A stretch of 64,000 bases of DNA from the human T2T-CHM13v2.0 reference genome, Homo sapiens, in the NCBI RefSeq assembly GCF_009914755.1, contig NC_060928.1; one strand, written 5' to 3'. The notes under the pieces were generated by a model. That model was not told where the DNA came from, searched no databases, and saw only the letters and a list, made by a program, of their open reading frames with translations. A program made the translations under genes and the position numbers. Of this stretch, positions 1 through 14,722 are shown piece after piece. Within the stretch, counting starts at the first letter, position 1. Each line of letters opens with the position of its first letter.

Positions 1-767
1 ATTTCTCAAACGAACTGAAGTTGGAAGGCCAGGTTCCAGTGTATAATTCCTGTATTTGTGTGAATTCTGTGCTGAACTACTGCTGCCTTGGGAAAGGTTA
101 TCTGACTTTGATCCCATAGCCACTACCCTGTTCTCTCCACCTGTCTTCTTACTGCATCACGAGGGACTTTTTTGCATGTATGTGGCCTCTGCATGTTCAT
201 ATCTAAAGGCAATGTTAGTGTGGGCCATATGGGGCCTGTGTTAGAATCACCATGTGTGTTTCTTAAACATTCAGTTCTTGGGCTTCACCCCAGTGTGCCA
301 CAAAGTTAGATGTTAAGAGTGTTGTCAGTCACAGGTAATGTTTGAGGTGTTTCCTAGACAGATGAATCTTGGCACTTAGCATCAGTATTTCAATATTTCA
401 TCAGTATTTCAGTGTTGCCCTAAAAACTTTCCTTTAAGCCTGTTATCTGGTTTAATTCTCTCAGCAACTCTGAGATTGTTATTCCCATTTTTCAATGTGT
501 ATACTGTACTGCCACTGGGAAATTTGGGTCTTGAAATGGCCTTGGTATATATCTTTTTCTAATGCAAAGAGTCTACATTTTATTCTTCAGGATTTGTAGA
601 TAGTGTTGTTAGAGAACACCTGCTCTATAGTTGTGGAAACTCTAGAGAGATAAGATGCTTTTATGTCAACATCAAAAAGAAAATACTGTTGTGAAATGGG
701 TAAACAAATTCGGAAGGTTTCTGTGGGCAAAATTCCTCTCTAAAGTTTGAGGAAAATACTGTCTTTT

Positions 768-802
768 CATGCTTGATCCTAGCCAAAAGGCTGAGAAGCG
801 AT
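768..802 (-). pseudogene. 3'-truncated U2 snRNA retrocopy (first ~35 nt)
   Basis: Reverse complement ATCGCTTCTCAGCCTTTTGGCTAGGATCAAGCATG versus U2 5' end ATCGCTTCTCGGCCTTTTGGCTAAGATCAAGTGTA. Flanked by 13-bp TSD aatactgtctttt (755-767) / aatactatctttt (803-815). Confidence 0.9.
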
Positions 803-2888
803 AATACTATCTTTTTAATAAAGTCAGTTCACATTAAGTAAAGCAAATTTTAATGTATAGGTTAAACTGAAATATTTAGTGATGAAATATAAAATAATTA
901 TTAAAGAATGCATGCTAATCATTTTATGTACATGCAACAGTCTTATAAAATTCACATTTTAATTTGCTGATAATTTGCATTTTACAATACTGTTCTTAAA
1001 GGAAGTAATTTTAGGTATCCAGAATAATGTTGCTGTCAACAGAGAAGTTTTGGATTGAGTTGGGAATTGTATGGAAATACCTATATTGTTTTTGGAAAGT
1101 TTGTTTTAAGAATGAATAAATTGAAAGCTGATTAATAATATTTCCAGAAAACAAATAATGAAGCCATTTACTCTACTTGCTTTTTAGAAAGTTAATATTG
1201 CTCTAGCCCATAAAGTGCTATTTAGTAGCTAGGGGGATGTTAGTTACCCTTAACCACACAGTACTCTAGTTGTTTCCCTGAGTTAATATTAACTACCACA
1301 GATCTGTAATTTATAATGTGAAAGCATTTTAGTCACTGGATTACCTGGATTTTTAAGTATTTTGCATCCCTGTGAAATACTGAGTGTCCACTTGTTTATG
1401 GAATTATATGAGCTTTTTGTGCAGTTATTTTTGGAATTATTATTTCACACAACTGAAATGTCTTCCTAATGATAAATAACTACTATTTTTCAAAACTGAC
1501 AAACAAACCAGCCTAGGATTCAATTTTGGGTTGCATAAACAAATCAACCTAGTGTGGTTAAGAAATGGAACCTGAACTGGAAGAGTTAATCTTCAAGTTC
1601 AGCTTGAGCTGTGTTTACTGATCCTTTTCTGCTGCTTCTTGCTAATTGGCACCTCGGACTTCATACTAATTAATGGGATAGCAAGGGGCAGGTGGCGCCA
1701 ATCTATTTTGATAATCCTTGTCAGCAATGTCTGTGTAATCTTTTTGTTTAATTATAATGAATGTGCAATTGGGGTGCATGAACTTTCAACAGTTTTTTTT
1801 TCACTGGAAGTTCACTGGTCAAGGGAAGTTTTGCAACTGTCGAATACCGCTTCATATTGCATACAAAGCCACTTGTTTTACCACTGTAGTTGTAGTAATT
1901 CACATGAATGGAAGTCGCTAATGGAAATAACCTATGCTTCTTTAAAACTAGACAAATATAACTTTATCCAGAGAACTGAAAAACATTTGCCTCCTTAATT
2001 GTGCCCAGCGTCCTCATTTTTGGAGTGAGGGTAACAAATTTTGTTTAAATAGGGGCATTTAATTTTAAGAGTACTTAATGGATAAAAATATTAGAATAAT
2101 GTTTTCTCTGGAAGGAAGAGGCTAGGCAGGAAGTCAAAATAAATGGAACTGCTTTACTTAAGAATTTGCAAGGTTTAGCTGTGAAATGACTAGATAAATG
2201 ATATTGTTGGAAAGTAAAGTTACCTACTAGAGAATGCATATTTTGTTCCTTTCCATTATAGAGAAACTGTTATGTTTTTAAATATAAAGGTGGGTTTAGG
2301 TAAAATCAGTTCACTGTATTAGTAGTTTTGAAGTTTGGGGACTGGTCTTAAAATTGTGATCCATGCAAGGCATTATTTATTTGTGGAAAGTGAGAGAAAG
2401 GGAGGGAGGAAGAAGTCGAAAAACACCTCCTTGGCTGTTAATACCTTGAAACTTAGTGGAAAGGAAATAACACTCAATTTATAAGGACTCCAGTGTAAAC
2501 AAACAGGAGCTATGATAGGAAATAGCACTAGGGCCAATTTATAAGACTTGGTCCATGTTCATTTTTCAGATAAAACTTCCTGTACTTACTCCTAGCTGTT
2601 TAAGTTAGACCAAAATCAAAATAAATCGTTCTCAAGTGGTGAAAGGAAATATTTTAATTGGGGTATATTTTTGGAAAATCAGAAATAGTTACTGCCAATA
2701 TTGGTACCTTGATAAAATTTAAAATTATTATTGAAGAGAATAGTGTAAATTTATACAAGCTTGGGTGTTATGCACCTTATAGTTTATTATATAATAATAA
2801 AGTTTGATTATATTTGTACCTTGCCAGAGAATCTTGATTTATCTTAATTTAAATTTGCAATTAAAATGAAAACCCATTGCCTTAAATC

Positions 2889-3413
<525 letters not shown>

Positions 3414-3449
3414 CCTACGTAAATGGTGCCGTCTACTGGTGAAACACTA

Positions 3450-3778
3450 ATTTATTTTTATTTTGTTATTAGTTTTGAGACACGTTATTGTCTGTTGCCT
3501 AGGCTAGAGTACAGTGGCACGATCGTTACTCACTGCAGCCTCCAACTCCAGCCTTGAACTGCAGCCTGGGCTCAGGCAATGCTCCTGCCTCAGCCTCCTG
3601 AGTAGCTAGGATTACAGGCACATACCATCATAACCATCTAATGTTTTTAATTTTATTTTTGTAGAGATGAGGTCTTGCTTTGTTGCCCAGGCTGATCTCA
3701 AACTCCTGGCCTCAAGTGATCCTCCTGCCTTGCCTCCCAAAGTGCTGAGATTACAGGCATAAGCCACCGTGTCTGGCT
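3450..3778 (-). mobile_element. AluJ SINE
   Basis: Diverged antisense dimer with J-type cactgcagcc and ctcaagtgatcctcc. Confidence 0.85.
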
Positions 3779-6134
3779 ATCTTATTTATGATCACTGGAT
3801 TGCAAAGATGCTTGAGACTTTATGAAGAAAATACGCTGAAAGAAATAGTCATATATGGGCATGCAAGTATGGAGTTGTATGGGATTAAGTAACAAATAGC
3901 GTATTCCTAATTTTTAATTTTTTCCCTAGGTCTAAAATATAATGGGAAATAGCAGTTACAAATTCTTTGTAGCTTTTTCTTTCAATTCCTACCATATTTA
4001 TATTCAACATGGAAGAAAGTACAGTACTTACTTGGCCTAGAAAGAATGCAGTGCAAATGCAGTGATTGTCTTATTGCATACTTTCGTGTTTATGAATTCT
4101 TGCATCATTTACATGGTATGGAGTAGCTATAAGTTAGAGATTTTAAAGAAGGTTTTTAACCTAGCATATTATTCAGGCTTTGGTTCATCTGATTTAATAA
4201 AATTTAAACCTGGTGTTAATGTATTATGAAATCAATAGCATTATACCAAATTAAACACTTTAGCTGCTTATTATTTTTCTTTCATGATGTTAATACAGCT
4301 AAATAAATGCTGATTAGGATATTCCTTTCTTTTTTTGGCATTTTGATATTTCCCATTGGTCTACCAAAATTCACTAAGTCAGTTCTTATTGGCTTCCTTA
4401 TGTAATAGGGCAGAAATGCTATGCAAAATGTTAAGTTGTGTAATATTTTATACATACAAAATATGCATATATTTATAAGTCATATGTGAAATATGGAGCA
4501 TAAAAATGTTTCTGAACCCACTGCTGTATTCAGAAATTTAAAATGAACACTATTAATGCTGCTTGGAGATTGGCGGAAATAGTTACAGACATACGTTTGT
4601 TCTTTTGAACTGGTCTATTCTCATGTATTGGCAAAGCATGTTCTATCTAAAGAGCTTAGCTCAAAATTAATAGGAACTTATGTGAGCAGTGGGAAAGGTT
4701 TCTCTTACATATGTGTTACCTCAAAATAGCTTGCTAAATAGATGAAAAATAACTTGTTTAAAAAACAATACCATTTTGTTTACAATTTCTTTTTTGGGAG
4801 AGAAGAAATAGGACGGGCGCAGTGGCTAGCAGAGCTGCAGAAGACTCGTTAGATGGCGAGAGGCTTTGTCCGCAGAAACAAGAAGGCTCCTTCAGCTTTG
4901 TGACTGTGGTATATTTTATAAGGAAACCTGTGTCTAAAAAAAGATGCTGAATGAAACTTCTTTTTACACCACCATATGGTTTTTAAAGGCCCACTTTGTT
5001 TTATTGGAAAGAAAATATGAAAACTCCCCATTTAGAAATAAGTTTTAGCAGTGGCTGTTCGAAAATATCTTTTTGTGCACTGTTGCTAGGTAAGTGTTCC
5101 AAATCAGATGTATTTTCTGACCACATTGAATAATTCAAGTAACTACCCTAAACAATCAACATTTTTCAAATTCTGTTAGTGTGTGCTTCTTTTTGAATGA
5201 TAGTAGAAATCATTTATAATCATTTGGCATGGTCAGCTTTTTTTCTCTGAATTATGGTAGATGTTTGATATTTGAAACAAAATATGAAATGGAAGGAAAT
5301 TTTATTGATGTTCTAGGTGTGACCTTTGCTATTTATATTTATATATTCTTTTAAAATTTCATGTGCTGTGCCTATTTCTGAGCTTTAATGTTATGTTCTA
5401 CGGCAGGAAAATATTTTTATTTTTATTATGTTTAGAAGTGTGTGTACCCATAGAGTTCATTTCTATGGCATCAATGCGATTTCTGAAATATGAGCTTATA
5501 AAAAGACTATGGGAATTGAGTTTTTAAATGAGACATTATAAAATGGTATTAAAATATTATATGCCATGTAACTACTACTGCTAATTTAAAGGAATGATAA
5601 AGATTTAATATAAAATATATTTTCCTTCTGACAGAGGAAAAGAGACCAACCCGTTCTGTTGTAAGAAAGACTGTGCTGTGGATCACCAATAATGCCTTGG
5701 TGTTCAGGTTAGATGTAAATGAAAGCCACCCTGTTAGCAGGGCCATACTCTAAAGTTATAACAGAGGGAAAACTTCAGATGGTTTCTTTATTTCCAGAAA
5801 TACAGTACATCTTTTTTTTACAGTGAAATTGCCACTACCTTTATTTTCCTTAATGGGAGAATATTTCCCATTTCCAGTGTAAAGCCTATAAGGCTCAAAA
5901 TGAATATAACCCAACGTATTTCCAGTTTAAACACATATCCACCCAAAGCTTTTCTCCATACCTTTCTCCTCTTTCCTCAGAGATCGTTGCCTTCTCCTAT
6001 ACAACACATGCCTGCCAAGAAAACTTCCAGTATGGCGAAATGTTTTAAATGTATATGTTCTTTCCAACTCTTACATCAGACCTTTGAAGTTATTTCAGAT
6101 CTAGCAGCAATGATGGCAAACCTTTAAGACTCAT

Positions 6135-6448
6135 TTCTTTTATTTTTATTTGTTTACATTTATGAGACAGAGTCTTGCTCTGTCATCCAGCCTAGAGTGC
6201 AGTAGCTCGTTCATGGGTCACTGCAGCCTGAAACTCCTAGACCCAAGAAAGCCTTCTGTCTCGGCATCCCAAATAACTGGGACCACAAGCATGTGCCACC
6301 ATGCCTGGCTAATTTTTTTTTTTTAAATTGATAGAAATGAAGTCTTGCCATGTTGCCCAGGCTGGTCTTGAACTCCTGGGCTCAAGCAATCCTCCTGATT
6401 TAGCCTCCTAAAGTGCTGAGATTACAGGCATGAGCCACCACATGCAGC
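6135..6448 (-). mobile_element. AluJ SINE
   Basis: Antisense dimer; ctcctgggctcaagcaatcctcc. Confidence 0.85.
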
Positions 6449-7583
6449 CTCACTTCCTTTAAAATGTGTTTATATGCATTTGTGTAACAGATTTTTGGGT
6501 TCCCCAGCTTTGAAATATAAACCCACAAATAAAACAACAGACCTCTCATACCAAATGTATGTTAATATATGCAAGTTTATACATATGACTAATGTGAGGA
6601 CATTGATTTTGTACAGTATCTTATAGGTTACAAGCTTTCACATAATATGTCATTTGTTCAATGTGACAATATTGGGAGGCATAAGGGGATTTCCATTTTA
6701 TAGCAAGAACGGATGCTTGGAGGGATTAGGTGACCTACTCAGAACTGCAGTAGAGCTGAGATCCTGTGATCCTTAGTTCAAGGCACTTCCCATTAGGCCA
6801 CTCCAAAAATATATTTTAAAATCCAGCAAGATGACCCTGTTTATTAATAGCACTATTGAATTCAAAACTGCTAAATGTGTAAGTTAGCCCATGAGGCCAA
6901 AACTCTTAGCTACTTGAATAAGGGTGATTCTATTAGCTAATATATTGGAATCTCCATTTGCACACTGCACGTTCTTTGTAATTAAAGAAGTGACTTTAAC
7001 TTACCTTTATTTTAGAAAGTTCCCTTTCTCTCTTTGATGATGAGAAATTATTGATCTTGACAATTGAAGTTATTTCACGTATTTCAGGTTAAAATTTCAG
7101 CTGCCAGTTCAGGGTATCAGCTTTTTAGGATTTTCCCCGCTTTCTAGAATTCTCCTATGTCCTCCTACCTAGGTCAGTTGTTAAGAAAAGTGTAATAAGC
7201 CTTATTATATTGGGAGAGGGAAGTCAGGTCCTGGTATCTTCATCTGTAACCCATGGCATCTGTTGCTGTGAGAGTTACCTGACAAGGGCTTATTGTCACA
7301 TCATAAATACAACATGAACGTGGATAATTGGGTTTACTTCACCAGTTTCCTAAATATCAATTATGCCAGTCACAGTATAGATGCTTGCGACATTGTTGTG
7401 AACATGACAAAGTACCCATCCCTGGAGTGTTGATATATAGAAGACAGACAATAAATACAAAAACAAAGACCATTAAGCCAGATCAAGATTAATGCTCTGA
7501 GGAAAGTAAAATGAGGAAAAAAGTTGGTAGTTACTTTTACTTAGGATTGTCATGGAACTGAAACCCAAAAAATGAAAATAAAA

Positions 7584-7860
7584 GGCTGGGTACATTGGCT
7601 CACACCTGTAATCCCAGCACTTTGGGAGGCCGAGGCGGGCAGATCATGAGATCAAGAGATGGAGGCCATCCTGGCCAATATGGTGAAACCCTGTCTCTAC
7701 TAAAAATACAAAAGCTAGCTGGGCGTGGTGGTGCGTGCCTGTAGTCTCAGCTACTCGGGAGGCTGAGGCATGAGAATCACTTGAACCTGGGAGGCGGAGG
7801 TTACAGTGAGCTGAGATTCCAGCCTGGTGACAGAGTGAGACTCCATCTCAAAAAAAGAAA
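7584..7860 (+). mobile_element. AluSc-like SINE with a small right-arm deletion, within L2-like sequence
   Basis: gagatcaagagat...ctggccaatatggtg; gagattccagcctgg lacks gcgccactgcac. Confidence 0.85.
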
Positions 7861-8850
7861 ATGAGAAAGAGGAAGAAGTAAGTATAGGGACCGTGGAAGG
7901 AAATTAGTTTTGGGTGTGTGGGGAAGAGTGATAGAAAGAAAACCAGCATTCATGGATTATTTTCGCAAAGGGGAAAGTGATAAGAAAAGAGGTCAAAGAA
8001 TCAGATCGAGGCCAAACCATGTCGTTCACAGTAGTGAGTGTGGTTTTGTTCGAAATTGGGAGATGTTAGGCAGTGAAGTCATGTGTGTTTTCAACTTTGT
8101 GGTCAGGTCATCTCTTTCGTTGCTTAGTGGAGAACTGTGTCCATGGCAGGACACAGTGGAGTTAATAGACTCACAAGAGGCTGTTACAGTAGTTTCTGCA
8201 AGACAGATGATGGTGACTTGGGCTGGGGTTTTTGTAGTGGACATGAAGACAAGGGGTTCAATTTGGGATATATTTTGAATATAGTGCTACTAGTTACCAC
8301 ACTTGTGGTAGTGTAAAGTATGATGATTGACTTGGCATTTTGCACATGAATTGTTTCATAGTCTTCTTGATCTGGTTATGTTCTCAGAAGTTGCCACTTC
8401 AGTAGCTTTGAACACTTTGTTAGAAGAAGGAGGTGAGTGGGACAAATTTTGGAGTTGATCTTTAGATTTGAAAGTGATTTTCAGAAACATCACCTTTATT
8501 AGAAAGATGAATTTTGAATTTTTTCAATATATGTTATAGAACTTTGACCAAAGTCTTAGTTCACTAGAATGGTTTTTTAATATCTGTTTACTGTAGGATA
8601 GTTTATCAAGATAAAGAACATTGTTCAAATTTGTGCTATGACTTGATACAATCTTAATAGCATTGCTTTAAGACAGCACATGTAATTGTCAATGAAACAT
8701 TTGTTTAATTTTTATTAGCACTGGCATAGATTTACAATTGCATGTTTATGTGTCACAAGTACACCTGAGGGTACGTCAGGCCTCCTGTCTAATCAGTGTG
8801 TACAGTATACTTTTGCTCATTTTATACCACCATGCTTGGCTGGCTGGATT

Positions 8851-8875
8851 GCTTTCTTTCATTTCTTTCTTTCCT

Positions 8876-8946
<71 letters not shown>

Positions 8947-8960
8947 CTTTTTCTCTTTCT
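8851..8960. repeat. (CTTT)n microsatellite
   Basis: Long run of ctttctttcttt with degenerate flanks. Confidence 0.95.
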
Positions 8961-9467
8961 GTAGATCGAAGAACATAAATATTATGTGGAGACTTATTAT
9001 CTGAGTCTTTTAATTTATAACATTTTAATCATGTATGTGACTTACTTGATTCTGAAGTCTTAGAAATTTAACCTCAAATTATAGCATTAGGGTTAATCCT
9101 AAAATCACAGAAAGGTATAGCCTTTATAGCACAATTGTAAAGCTGAACCTCCTGCAAAATAACTTTCTGTCCATATTGGCTGTCCATATTAAGCTTGGTT
9201 TTCCACCATTTGTTATTCCGATTATTTTATATTATACATTCTCTGTATAATTACTAGTACTTTTTATTTTCCTGAAAAAAAGTGCTTTAATATTCGTTTA
9301 ATTTTTAGAGGCCATTAGAAGTTTTCCCTTAATGTTTAAATTATTTTAGATAAAAATGGTAATTATGAGGATTAGCCCTAATCTTACTTTTCTAAAATAT
9401 AGGTAAGGGTGCTATAGTTGTTTGTTTTTAAGTCTGTACTTTTAAAGAAATGAAAGGAAGATTTTTC

Positions 9468-9847
9468 CCCTCCCCTCCCCTCCCCTCCCCTGTCCTGCCC
9501 TGCCCTACCCTCCCCTCCCTTCTCCCTCCCTGCCTCCCTCTCTCCCTTCCATTCTTATTTATTAGAGGTAGTGTCTCACTCTTATCCAGGATGGAGTGCA
9601 GTGACATGATCTAGCTCACTGCAGCCTCAAAATTCTGGGTTCAAGAGATTGTCTTCCCTCAGCCTCCCAAGTAGCTGGGACTAAAGGCATGCCACCACCA
9701 GTGGCTAATTTTTTAAAAAAAAACTTTTGTAGAGATGGAGTCTTGCTGTGTTGCCCTAGGTGGTCCCAAACTCCTGGGCTCAAGTGATTCTCCTGCCTCA
9801 GCCTCCCAAGGTGCTGGGATTAAAGGTGTGAGCCATTATGCTCAGCC
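9468..9847 (-). mobile_element. AluJ with a (CCCCT)n-like tail
   Basis: Antisense Alu body ~9555-9847. TSD aagatttttc at 9458-9467 and 9848-9857 encloses the C-rich tract. Confidence 0.85.
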
Positions 9848-11851
9848 AAGATTTTTCTTAACTAAATTTTTCACGTTATCAATAGTACAGATTATTGCTT
9901 CTTTCTCTAAGGCCCACTTAAAAATAAATAGTACTGTTTAAGGGTCAGAAAACCAGCTAGCTTTGTTTGTAAACCATAATGAAATGAAATACTTGTTTCC
10001 AAATTTAAAAGAACTTGTTTCCCAATTAGCTTAATTTTTTCTTTTGTATTTTATTTAAAAATAAAGTTAGAGGTCAAAGTACTGATTATTTCATAATTTG
10101 TTGGAGTCTAAAATGCTAAATCAGTTATCTGAAGTCATCTGATTAAAAGATGTAGAAGAAAACCAAAATTTCTCCAATTTTTATCAACATATCCTGTTTA
10201 CATGTGATTCTGAGGGGGAAACTCAAGTTGCATTATTATTCATCTTTCCTTTTGAACTGGATGATAAATGCCGAGCCATCATGTCAAGCCTATTCTGAAG
10301 ATGTCCAGAGTAACAATAAACCTTTTGTGATGAAAATGGTGTAGGATAGCTATTTACCAACTTAACAATCATAAACTTACTTGCTACCTATATTTCAAGG
10401 TACTTTCCACATAGGCAGTCTTCAGTTTGACTGGGAAAATATGAGTCAAAATAAACTATCTTAAATATAATAGAACTGTTTTTACTTTTAGTGTTGTACT
10501 TTATTCCCCAGAACACTCAGATAATTAAATGAGTAGATGAAATGCCTGCTTTTATATGCATATACACATGTATTTTTCAATATGTTCCATACTTTTTATT
10601 GGCAGTGCTAATAATGACCTTTTATCTGTGTATTACTGTCTAGTTGATCATTCTGTGTCAGAGATCACCTTGTAGAGGTAAGCTTTCCACTATAGAAGAG
10701 TCACCAAAGTAAAGGAAAGCACACTCTTACTCAATTGATTTAACTTAATGAATATCATCTCTTCAGTGCAGAGGCAATAGAAAGACAGGGCCAAAAGCAC
10801 TTATCCCAGGAGGTTATATATAGGATGATTGGAGACATTCCTAAAGACAATGAGGCACTAGCATTGTGTAAGAGGGAGGCTATTTCACTCTGAGGGCTCA
10901 TGCTGGAATTAACTGGTGTCATTTTGAAGGAGGGTTTTGCTAATTGGCATCTCCCAGTTGTATATAATGCCAACACCTTTTTCTATTAATTATTTCCCAT
11001 AAGTATAGCTCAGTAAAGCAAAACTCCCTCCAAATGTATAAAGGTTTAAAAGAAACTGTTGGAATTTAATTAGTTTCCAAAAGCCCTATGTGAACTGTAG
11101 CAGTTGGTTGGTATTATTTGTATAATGTTTTGTTGTTTGACTTTGGAAGCATTATGTTCATGTATTGTGGTGATGGCCTGCTGAGTAATTGCAAGGTTCA
11201 TTATACTACCAAGACTGTCAAGGGGTATTTATGGATATTCATGTGCAGTGAACCCTTGAACTTGAACTGGTCATTCTTGTCTCCCATGGCTGGAATTGTG
11301 TTTACTCTAAATGGCAGGAGAAACTTTAATTATGAAACTAGAAAAGAGGCAAAATTACCTTACTTTAAAACAGTAAATAAACTATTAAGAAATGTACCTG
11401 TGTTTGGCATATTACTATAAAATTGCTATCTCTTTACTTCTAAGGAAACACTTAATAACTATAAGCTTTAAATTTTTAAAAGATGCCTTGTTTGTGGTAG
11501 ATGTATGCCTCTAAAATTATGTGTTTCCATGTAAAAAGATACTAGAAATCTACCGTTTCTAATGCAGGAATTCTGTATATCAACAAAATATTAAAGTTGA
11601 TTAAACAGAATTAAATAATAGTTAAAAATATTAATATAAAGTTTAAAATATGATCCAAGCATTGTACATTAATTAGAAAATGTTTAAAATTGAGGAAGAA
11701 ATTTAAAAGTAAAATGGAAGTATTTATATACAGATTTATCAACAAGTAATTATTTGTTAGAGGTAAAGTTTATATCACGATAATTGAAATGATCTCTTAT
11801 CTATGTCTCGCCACTAGCCTTTCAAGTTCTTGAGAACAGAAACATTTTCTT

Positions 11852-13997
<2,146 letters not shown>

Positions 13998-14244
13998 TAG
14001 TTAATCTACATATATTCTCCTAGTTCTCAATGCAGAGAGCATATTTGATGAAATTATGTGGAATTGAATTGAGAGCTGAGAGAGAATATGGCACATTAGA
14101 GAGGAATGTGATCGGGAGTGGAATGACATGACTGGACCCTGAGGTACATGTGAGGTGGAACTTGAGAATTAGGCAGCACAGATGCTTCTGTTTTCAGAAA
14201 CTTGGATCACATACAGAGAATATTATGGATGGATTGCAGATATA

Positions 14245-14410
14245 TTTTTTTTGAGACAGGGTCTTGCTGAGTTGCCCAGGCTGGAGTGCAATGGTTATTC
14301 ACAGATGCAATCATAGTGTACTATAGCCTTGAACTCCTAGACTCAAGCAATTCTCCCACCTCAGCTTTTCAAGTAGCTGGGACTACAGGGACACAACACC
14401 ATGCCTAGCT
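14245..14410 (-). mobile_element. FAM-like Alu monomer
   Basis: Monomer retaining the 7SL-derived ggttattcacagatgcaatcatagtgtactatagcc. Confidence 0.75.
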
Positions 14411-14567
14411 ATCATTGCAGGATTTTAAGAAGCTACTGTGACTGCAACGTGGATCATGGGGATAGGAGTAGAAAAACAACTCCTTGATTCACCAGTATGG
14501 GTTATGGTATCCTGGAAATCCAGGTTGAACAAAGGGGTTTAAAAAAATACTCTTAAAAATTGTTTTG

Positions 14568-14722
14568 ACTGGACAGGGTGGCTCACTCCTGTAATCTCAG
14601 CACTTTAGGAGACTGAGGTGGGAGGATTGCTTGAGCCCAGGAGTTCAAGGCTCCAGTGAGAATGGTCGTGCCACTGTACTCCAGTCTGGGTGGCAGAGCA
14701 GGACTAATGTCTCAAAGAAAAA
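14568..14722 (+). mobile_element. FRAM-like/recombined Alu monomer
   Basis: Single arm: gtggctcactcctgtaatc...gcttgagcccaggagttcaaggct...gtctcaaa. Confidence 0.7.

Noticed and set aside
8295-8311. Inverted RUNX-like pair taccaca-ct-tgtggta
   Set aside because: 7-bp arms at an L2-like edge are expected by chance.
8738-9004. Low-complexity ORFs (SFFL / KKER repeats)
   Set aside because: Translations of the (CTTT)n microsatellite.
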